Below are positions 52,364-61,784 of a stretch of DNA of 64,000 nt, piece after piece. A program made the position numbers and the translations under genes. Each line of letters starts with the position of its first letter. Within the stretch, counting starts at the first letter, position 1. Origin of the DNA: Takakia lepidozioides (taxonomy: Eukaryota > Plantae > Bryophyta); the NCBI GenBank assembly GCA_030704615.1, contig CM060731.1, positions 29,016,001-29,080,000 of the forward strand. Direction: 5' to 3'. The notes beneath the pieces were generated by a model. It saw only the letters and a list, made by a program, of their open reading frames with translations. It was not told the origin of the DNA and searched no databases.

Positions 52364-53158
52364 TGTTACAGGGTTGTCTGGGACTTAAACATTTTTATGG
52401 GTTTTGTGGGGTACCCTTAATTTTTGCGCAGACTTAGACCAACAGAGGCCTTAGGGGTGACAGGCGCAGGCTTTAGGAGGAGGGGGGGGGGGTAGGGTAG
52501 ACAAGCTTACACAGCTAGTCACAGCCCGACACAGCCTCACACAGCCAGTCACAGCCCGTCACAGTTTATCACAGCTCGACACAGCTTCGCACAGTCAGAC
52601 ACAGCACGACACAGCCCGACACAGTCAGTCATAGCTTGGCACAGTCACAGCCCGACACAGTTTGGCACAACCCGTCACAGCGTACATAGGAACGGTTATC
52701 ATTGGCAGGGAACGACTGTGTGGGAATGACATCTGCAGAGGGAACATGTTTACTTCTTAGGTGACAGTTAGTTAGTTAGGCGGTTAGAACAGCTTGTAGA
52801 TAAAATAGGCAGAACAAGCATCATAGGGGAGTTCACGGGGGGCACTTCTTGGACATTGGCGAGAGGAGAAGGGGCAGAGAGCAAGAACGGGAGCAAGGAT
52901 GGTGAGCACGGTGAAGGAGGAGAGATGAACAGTAGATGCTTGTTACATGCAAATCTGTAGTAATACTGTAGAGCAATTAAAGACACAATGGCTTCGGCCT
53001 GATACCTGATAAATCTTAATTTGATACTTATTCGAAACAATCACACTGTGTAGAGAGACATGAGTGAAGCTGTGGAATGAATGGATGAGTGAATGGAACC
53101 TGGTAGATACTGAAGCAATCTGATGCTTCAGTATACACAGTAAGGTAATTTGCTAACA
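52364..53158 (+). repeat. Putative 3' LTR of element A (795 bp)
   Basis: A polypurine tract GAGGGGAGGAGGGG (52347-52360) precedes TGTTA at 52364, and TAACA at 53154-53158 gives a 5-bp terminal inverted repeat. No second LTR in the window confirms the right boundary. Confidence 0.65.
52509..52681 (+). repeat. ~10-bp ACAGCCCGAC/ACAGCCAGTC tandem array; a related inverted array lies at 57920-57975
   Basis: About 17 (C)ACAG-anchored units read directly. 57920-57975 reads as the reverse complement of the same motif family. Confidence 0.9.
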
Positions 53159-53395
53159 TGAAGGCGAGAAGGAATACAAATAGGAAGCACAACCATGATT
53201 CACTAGCTGTAGGTCATGACTAATTGTTCTGAGCGAGCTGAGTGCTTAGAGATATCCAACTCTTCTATCTTGGAGTTTCCACCTTGGATAGCGAAGGGAT
53301 GGGTGAGTAAAAGCCACTCGAAAGCCTACCCCGGGTTGGAGACGACCCCCCTACAGGGAGACTTCTTTGGGTTGGAGACGTGTATGAGCCGCGCT

Positions 53396-53852
53396 TCACA
53401 CGTGGTAATGCTTGCATCTGATACCATTAACACGATTGGGAAAAAGTTCATTCCTCAAATGGAGTGATCCGTTGTCGAAAACCTCCTTCACCACAAATGG
53501 ACCCATCCAAAGTGAGTCGAACTTGGCCTTGAAGTCCTCATGTTGGCTGTCAAATAGTAGGACCATGTCTCCCACTTTGAAGGATCTCTTCTTTCTCTTC
53601 TTATCAAAGAGGGCCTTCCGGCGATATTGAGTCACCTCCATGTGTTGTACCGCACTCACTCTGGCTTCGTCCAAGCCTTCCAACATTTCCTCTCTTTGAG
53701 TGATTCCTCCTCTGTCAGTCGTTCGGCAATTGCCAATCGCAGCGAGGGGACCTCCGTCTCAATGGGCATAATAGACTCCACTCCATAGACCAGAGAAAAA
53801 GGGTGGCTTTGGTGGTTACCTTGTGAGTCTTCCTGAATGCCCACAATGCTGA
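53396..53852 (-). mobile_element. Ty3/gypsy integrase C-terminal fragment (element C)
   Basis: ALWAFR..FSLVYGVESIMPIE, FKVGDMVLLF, WMGPFVVKEVFDNGS (GPF motif) and VNGIRCKHY*, with frameshifts. Confidence 0.88.
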
Positions 53853-53889
53853 GACTTCGGCGGCCGAACCTTAAGTGGTTCCTCAGGAA

Positions 53890-56800
53890 TCATGCATGGC
53901 ATGCAGTGTTGGCCCACCATGTCTAGAAGCTTGAACTGGACTACTTGTTTTAATCACTTGCAAGCAAAATGAGTGAATTCCCTGAACTCCTTAGCCGTAT
54001 AGGTGAGAGGTATGCCAATGACTTTGGAACAGTATAAGTATTTCCAGGCTTCATGTCCTTTATAAAAAATATCATCAGGGCCCAATTTTTCTTTGGCCAA
54101 GCTGGTCCAAGCCAAATTAAACCATGAACGAAGCTGGGAATCCTTCTACATCATGAGTTTCGCATCATATAGATACATATGAGGTGGAACTGAAGGTAAG
54201 ACCCAATGATCTCCACTGGAATAACTCAGAAATCTTGACTGCATCATCTGCTGCTCAATGTGATAACGTGCAAGGAAACAAGCAGCATAGTATAATCCAC
54301 AGCCCATGACAATACTAGATACCTCATTGGTCTTGGTGTAGATGTACCCATGAACAATCTGGAAGGCAATTAATTCCTTCAGCATGGTGCCTGCCTTAGA
54401 CCAGTACCTTGCAAAATGATGATCCTCGATGGGTCGATTGTTCGGAAGAACCTTAGTCCGAGTTGCCACTGGCAACCAAATGCGCAAGATCTGGTAATAA
54501 TGTGCCAAAGACTGTGGAGGACTGAATTCCTTCCAAGCCAAATCCATCACAATGGGAATTTGGTTGAAGGGCATAATCATAGCCCGATTGTACTCCCATG
54601 CAGCAGGAGTCCTAGGTGGGTTGAAAGCAGCATCCCCCCAAACCTCAGATTGTGGCTGCGCCATGGTATCAACAGCGTCAGCCACCTATTGTAGAGGTTG
54701 TGATATTGCTGCCGTTGTTCCTCCTACTGCTGGCAACTCTTGCACCTCCTGTGATGAAGACTGGAAAATCAGAGTCCTGGCATACAAATAAGTAGCCACC
54801 AGCTGCTCCTTAAGAACAAAGACTCTTTTGTCAATATTGGAACTCAAGTCATCCACTTGAATTTGTAGGCCTTTCACATCATCTTGTAACTCCGCTATCC
54901 TACTATAGACATTGTCTATAGTAATTGTGGCAATGTTCTGCACTTGCAATCTGAGATCATTCATCTCCCCCTGAGTGAGCTTTCGTGGTGCCTTCCCTTC
55001 CACCGGCCCTTGTGTTAACCATACTTACATAAGATGATCATCCACCAATTCCTGTTAGCACCCCTGAGAGCCTGCTCCTCCTTGAGTCTGTACACATCTA
55101 ACTGCTACTCTAAAGCCTCCATGCGCTTTGCATGAGGTTCAACCAGGACCGCATAGGCAGCAGCCAGATTATTGGCTTCCTTCCAAGCCTTGTTAGCCAC
55201 AGAGAGTTCATTCTTGTGGCCCGTGAGTGATTGCTGCAACTGCAGGATGAACCTTTCCTTCTTAGCCTCAACCTGACTGTACTGTTGGAAAGTATCCTCA
55301 TTGTGACGGAGAGTAGCCTTCAGATCAGCAATAATTTTCCCCTACTCTACTGTCTCATCCTCGGCCATCATACATCTCTATGCTTGTCTGTTAACTTCTA
55401 ACGCAGTTTGCTCCAGAACAGTTGTTAGTGTGGCACATTGTATGGTCAGTCTCTGATGAACTGTCTCCAACTCTGTATGAAGCACCTTCACTTCCTGCAA
55501 TTTGCCCTCATGTTGCACCTGCAATTGGTATAGCTGCTGCTTATGTGCTTCATGCAATTTCCCCTGCTCCAAACCCGTTTCAATCAGATTCCCCTTTACT
55601 AGCTGCAAGGCAGCTTTGGTGTCCTCCAATTCTTTCTGTAACTTGAGGTTGGCCTCCACATCCACCTTGTTTGCACACTCAGTGGCAATTCTAGCCTCAA
55701 ACTCCTGCTTGAGTTCCTCCCTCAAAGCTGCCAATTGTGTAGATGGAACATGGGATTTCACATAAGTGCCCAACAAATTGACTGTCCTGCTTATAGAACT
55801 CATAAGCATGGCCTGCTATGGATCTTCATGGTGAACTTGCTGCTGTTCTCCCTGATTCTCCACAGTGTGATGTTTCACCAACCATTCAGGCCATGTTCCC
55901 ACAAGATCTTCTTCTTGAACGACCTCATTCTCCACAGGCGCTGCAGTGCCCTTACATTCTACCTCTGGAACCTCCGCCACAGGTTTGGGTATCACATGCA
56001 CAGCAGGGATTTCCTTGGACAAACTTTGCACCTCTGGTACCATTGGTTCCCCGACCAAGCTAGATTTTTCATAGAGAAGGTCACCCTTTTCAATTTCTGC
56101 CACGACATGCTCTGTAGTGGGAATGTCCAACCCTTCTCCTTCCAGAGCAATAGGCTCTGGTGCAACAACATGTACTAACTGAAGGACCTCTGAGACAACC
56201 GAGTCAACTGGCTATGATGGCTGTGGTACCAAAGTGACTTCTTCTTCCCTCTCCAAAGGTCGTGTTTCCAGTAATAACAGCCCTCTGTGCTGTTGTTCCC
56301 TCCTTGCACAAAGAGCTATGGAAACATCATCATTTCGCGGTTTCCTTGAAGCTAGTGGATCTGCTACTATAGTCGTGTCCCTCTTTTGTCTCTTGGACTG
56401 GTGCCGCCCCTCCAATCCACTTTCACCATGTGAAGAGCCCTGCTCCTCAATTGCAGTGGTTACTGCCTCAAACACTCCCATCTCCTTACGTTCTCGCGCA
56501 TCAAGTATGCAAGAATCAAGAATAATTTGCGCAATTACTGGGCCAGACACAACGATTGGAGACTTAGCAGCAGTGCCTTGTAACCGCTTCATCTCTTCCA
56601 CCAAACCATTGTACATTAAGTCCGCCCAAGCCACATCTTCCCCCCTCAAGGCTTTCAGTATCTCATCCGTGAATGATCTGCTAAGGTATTGTTGGTTTTG
56701 TTTCATGGTAAACAGAACATTCAGAACCTGACCAACTTCTTTTAACCCTGGGTACTCGGCCTTGGTGCAAGTGTATCCCCTGAGTCTTAAAGAAACTCCC

Positions 56801-58203
56801 TTCTTGGAACAAATTGTCTATCTGCAATCTTGCCCTGTGCTCATCCACATTTACACGGCCTGATGGCAATTCAAACAATTGCTGCAAGTATTGGGGAGTA
56901 ATCTCTATATCTACTCCCCTCACTTGTGTAACTCCCGTCTGAGGTTCAAAGTTCTGAATGAATTGTATCATGAACGCCCTATGATGCAAGGACCATTCCT
57001 TGCGTAGCAGTCCTTCCAATCGCAACTCCTTCAACAGCTGCACAGCCTGAGGTGTAACAATTGTCTGCTTCTGCAGAATCGTGGTGCTCTTCACCCTGAC
57101 ATCCTCCATTCCCCAAATTCTCTTCATTCCAGACAAACAAGATGGCCTTGTTTGAAATAGCTCTAGGAAAGCTTGCAAGGCGTAGAGCATAAAAGTATGG
57201 TTGGCAAAGAAAGGAACGGGTAAGTGCATGTAAGCCTGTGGAGCTTGCAAGTATCGAATGAGAGAGAATGTACTCTCAACCCGTCCGTCCTTGCGCCACT
57301 GTGTAAGAAGTAAAGCGAGTGTATAATCTGTAATATCTGCCATAGCTACAAAGTTATAGCTTTGATTGCCCCTCCCGTCGAGATACTGGTTATTCGGAGC
57401 CACCCCGACTCTTTCGCTCATAACTCTTCTAATTTCTTGTTCTTGTTTCTTGGAGGGAACCACCTGCATGAAATTCTCGCTCCTGATTGGCTGTTGCCTC
57501 TTTGGGCAACTTCTTAATTTTATCCCCCTCAGTGGACATTCCCACCTGGAATGTCCACTAGGATAGCACATGTAGCAAAAGTCCCCCTTTTCTGTACTCG
57601 TAAAGGGTTCCGTTACCTTTGCCCTGAATGCATTAATGGGCCCACAAATAGTTTTGGTTGATGTACCGGGTAGGTACTTTGACGGCTCAATTTGTTCTCT
57701 TGCATGATGACACCCACTTTTGCAATATATGCACCGCGGTGTGCTTCGCCCTAGTGGCCACGTGTCCGTTTTTAGACACGCCTCCGTCTTCCCCTGTCCT
57801 CGTGGCACATTCTCCAAATCTGACTTCCAAGCTGTCCTTTCACTTGCCAACCACTTTTCTGACGTTAACCCGCGTCCACCTGTCACTGACCCTATGGACT
57901 GTGCAACCCGCGTGGGCGGTGTTGGGCTGTGACAGACTGTGTCAAACTGTGGTGGGTTGTGATAGGCTGTGTGATGCTATGATGGCATGGGCTATGATAA
58001 CGATGCAAACACCCGTGTTCTCCGCTCCGGCCATACACATTCGGCTTTACGACAAATGCTTCATGCTCCGTTGGTATTACCGGTGCAGCCCGTGACTGTT
58101 TATGTGTTTCAATATGCAAATCGTGTTGCAATGGTTTGTCATGGATACCACTGTATCCCTTCAACTTATTGGCATTGACTCTTCCCAACATCTCTTTGTT
58201 AAT
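53890..58203 (-). mobile_element. Ty3/gypsy remnant B: integrase tail, repeat spacer and a decayed ~1300-codon extra ORF
   Basis: KEMLGRVNANKLKGY (58200-58150) resembles an integrase terminus. The ORF pieces 57886-56681, 56706-56212, 56130-55816, 55809-55378, 55003-54686 and 54685-54146 are separated mainly by single TAG codons and two frameshifts. They contain a CCHC knuckle (CYMCYPSGHSRWEC), an Athila env-like block and a coiled coil. Confidence 0.75.
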
Positions 58204-59480
58204 CACTAGAAGAAAAACGCGGAATAACCACTCTGTTAACCACTCATTTTGAGTGGTAAAAGACACTAAACCACTCTGGCCTCAAAGTGATGAAGAACCA
58301 GTGCATTAGGACAAGTGAGTGGTAAAAGACATTACGTGGCACCGGTGGTTAAGGACAGTGGTTCGAACCACTCACGTCCGGGTCCACCTGTTAGCTGACG
58401 TGTCACTGAGGTAAACCAACCACTTATGACGTGTCATAGTGGTAAAGTAACCACTTCCGTTTTGTAGTGGAGACGTGTAAGCCGGTGGTCCGTGGATGAT
58501 ATTGGAGATTATGTCGACACATGGCGACACTCTCAGCATGGACACGTGTCGTGTGTCAGTGCTACGAAATGGGTGAAATTCAATGACTTCCGAAACCACT
58601 TGTTGAGTGATCACAAAATGACTCATAGAGTCATTCTATGAAAACGGAGAATATACAATATCACTCACAGAGTGGTTATGTGAGTGGATGACATCTCTCA
58701 GCAGGTCATTAGAATGATTACCCACAGAGTGATGTGTAAGCTATTTGAGTCATTCATGGTGTCTCTCTGAGTAGGAACTATGGATTGGAGTGATTACTAA
58801 CAGAGTGGTGTGTAAGTGATTAGGAATACCACTGGAGGAATTCATACCACTAGTACAGTAATATATATGTGACTACTTATACCACTATACGAGTGGTAAT
58901 GTAGGCAATTGTGTGCATTTGGCTACTCCCACAGTTTTACAGTGATGTGCAAGTGATTATGAACATGACTAGAGGAACACATACCACTAGTGTAGTGAAA
59001 GAAGTATCATTGGGGATTCAAGCTCCACAAAATAGACTAGAATCCCAGAGAGTTAAGTGTTGGAACACTGTCAACAAAATCCAGCCATGATAAAAGTTTG
59101 AGCCTAACTTCTACACGACGTCTCCACATGCATGCTAGGAACACTGAACTGCTTTCCTGCCTTCTTCTCACTGCCAGCAATGTCTATGCCCGGGCGAACG
59201 AAATCTAAGCCCTCTTCATGTTCTTCTCTGGCCAAAGACAATTCAGACCGACGACATTCTCCAACATTGTTTGCGGTGGGACCTCTTCCTCGTTAGGGTG
59301 AGGCAAGACACAATTGGCAATATAGATATCATTCATCTCAACCCACCACAATCCTTCAGGTATAACACGGCAGTGATATGTGTCTTTGCTAGGCACACCA
59401 GTGACAATTCCACTAGCAGCCCTGTGTCGTGGTAAATGAGGATCATACAGGCTGATTTTGTCTTTCAACTTAAACTGCAC
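58204..59480 (-). mobile_element. CACTA (En/Spm) transposon end with subterminal repeats and last exon of a TnpA/ORF2-like gene; other end not located
   Basis: CACTAGAAGAAAAA at 58204 cuts the integrase tail. ACCACT/AGTGGT motifs are dense over 58220-59000. Exon 59474-59205 encodes AASGIV..YHCRVIP..WVEMNDI..LPHPN..TMLENVVG..LWP, a TNP1/En-Spm-like C-terminal motif. Confidence 0.78.
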
Positions 59481-60364
59481 ACAACACCCACCATAAAACC
59501 CACATTAATCAACCCATGAAGACTTACATGTACATTGAAAACTAGATAATGAGGACCGTCCAGTATAAGCAATCACTCGAAGTGCAGAGTACTTTTGGTA
59601 GCATAAGAATATCTGCCACTGTGGCAGGGGGTTGATATTTGGGGGTTGCCTTTGAAGGCGCCGTAGTTGGTGCACTGTTGGTGGCAATATCAAGAGTGGC
59701 TTTCTCAGCCTGCAAACATCACGCCCAACACCCCTTAGCAGTTACATTTAGCAATGCATCTACTAATAGTTTGAAGTACCCAACATGTAAATGGCCACAT
59801 TGTACAGAACTGATAGCCAACAGGTGCATGCATGCTCACCTCTAGTACGAAAACTGCTGCATGGAGAGGTGCCTCCAGTTGCAGCCTAACACAAGCCCCT
59901 CCACCCCACAAAGTTAGCAATTATGGAAAATAAGGTCAACCGGGCAACGAGCAAGGTCGGCAGTTCGTGAATGCATACAAACCTTGGTCCAACGTGCCAA
60001 AAAAAGTTTGGCATCCAATGGCGTGAATGCATGGAATGTCATGCTTTGGCACCCTAGCAATGTCCCACATCCATTCAGTATTAAAAACCTAACACATGTT
60101 CTAACCCTTTGAAATTTAATCCATGGGTCAAGCCATACATAGTCCAATTCGTAAGCCATTCATCTTTCTAACAAGGTTTCCAGGTCATTCACATTTAGGA
60201 AAGAACCTTGGTTTGATATATAACATTTACCACCATATATGCAGATTGTAAACTCATCACAAAAGCAGATTGCAGGTCTGGAGATAAATCTCCGGAACCA
60301 GGCTCAAAGCATATCAGGTTCGAAATGAAACAATCAGCCACTCATGCCTTAAGTTCATGAAGTT

Positions 60365-60985
60365 TTTACCTCGGTTGTCCCACCATTGACTGGGGTCAGA
60401 AAAGTATTCATTCCACAGCTTCTCCTCGTCTCAATTGTTACCTATTTTTGGATACTTCCCTGTTGTCACATTGGCAGTACCATGTCAAAGTCGCTCCAAA
60501 CTATCAAAGGCTCACTCAACCAGCTAACTTGCAAATTCAACATGAAAATTTAGGGCCGATTCTGATAAGAGGGAAAAACAGGGTGAAATGTGTTGAAGAA
60601 GGTGCTTTCATTACCAGTGCCTGAGTTTATCATTGTGCCGCTGCTGCTGCGGCTTCTAGTTGACCAGTCACCATCTACCCATGCAGGTTTCTTGTAGCTA
60701 TTGATCCATCTGGTACATTTCCAGCTTTGGTGATGCAACCATGCACCTCCGATGCCCTTTTCCAGGGCTGCCAAGCTTGCACACGCACTGCAAACGCACA
60801 CAACATGATGTGGTCGAACTTCACCCCTTCCCCCATCATTTGCTTTCAGGTCTCCAAAGCCCCATATAGCGCCCCTACTCTGCACACCCTGCAAACATCA
60901 CATTCCACAACACCACATCTCATTCAGCCATAGTGTTGAACACTCCCTTGGCATCCTCAATGCTACCATATTTGGCATACTCATG
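60365..60985 (-). pseudogene. PLS-PPR fragment joined to an OSB-type PDF-motif exon (copy 1)
   Basis: YAKYGSIEDAKGVFNTM..DVVLWNVM..SACASLAALEKG is followed by WINSYKKPAWVDG and EKLWNEYFSDPSQWWDNRGK. Several stops and frameshifts. Confidence 0.78.
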
Positions 60986-61530
60986 GATATGACCTACTGG
61001 TGCATTCATATAGCGAGAGCGGAGATAGTCATAAACGGAGCACGATAATGAACTGAGATCAACCGCAGACAGGTTGGAACCAGAGCAGTGCTCGCAAGTC
61101 AGAGATTCAAAACGAAGTCGTACATAACATCAGAGACAACGACCAGCCTTCCCCTCCTTCGATTGAAATCAGCTGAATGAGTCAAGACACTGGAACTTTT
61201 CCAGCAAAAGCGTGGATACTTCAAGCTTAGAGGCTGTAGTGTCCAAAGCCATGTCCATTTCCAGAAAATTGTCTGATGAAAACAAAGTTAGGCAGAAAAC
61301 TTCCCTGGACTTGTTTCCAGTCTGTGACATGGGGGAGGACATCATGGATGACCTCAAGGGTCTACCCACTCTCGGCACCAGACTGAAATTTAAACTAAGG
61401 AATCCTACCTTTGAATAGCAAACAGAAGCAGAGAGGAAAGGGAGAGTGCAATTGCACCCAACTCAACTTATCACACTAGTTCCTATGGTCAATTGCATCT
61501 GCTACACTCTGTAATCTGATAGGCATTCAC

Positions 61531-61752
61531 CTTTTTGCCTCGGTTGTCCCACCAGTTACTGGGGTCAGAAAAGTATTCATCCCACAGCTTCTTCTCATAT
61601 CTATTACCTGTTTTTGGATACTTAGGGACGACTCTGATAGCAGGGGAATTCAGGGTGAAATATGTTGAAGAAGGTACCTTCATTAGCAGTGGGCCTTGTT
61701 CTATCAATTGCGCTGCTGCCATTGCTGTTTCCAGTTGACCATCTACCCACTC
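61531..61752 (-). pseudogene. OSB-type PDF-motif exon (copy 2) directly downstream of the PPR array
   Basis: EWVDGQLETAMAAAQLIE..KYPKTGNRYEKKLWDEYFSDPSNWWDNRGKK is followed by the donor GTGAAT. It is homologous to 60365-60690. Confidence 0.75.
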
Positions 61753-61784
61753 GTAGCCATTGTGCTATTGAAGAAGGTGCCCCC

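Larger units (their letters stand above)
49733..53158 (+). mobile_element. Ty3/gypsy LTR retrotransposon remnant A (non-chromovirus, Athila-like): PR-RT-RNaseH, integrase deleted, PPT, 3' LTR
   Basis: Protease CLVDGGSLVNIMP at ~49890. RT motifs WVSPMVIV, RVCVDFRPLN and FLDD (51198-51209). RNase H motifs YVDAS, YSTTERE, VDH and NAQADHLSR. Pol breaks after DDFPDAFLF at ~52045. Multiple stops and frameshifts. Confidence 0.92.

Noticed and set aside
60640-60710. E/DYW (PG/KP/WW-box) editing domain after the PPR motifs
   Set aside because: KKPAWV is not followed by HxExnCxxC or DYW-like motifs. The context fits the end of an OSB PDF motif.
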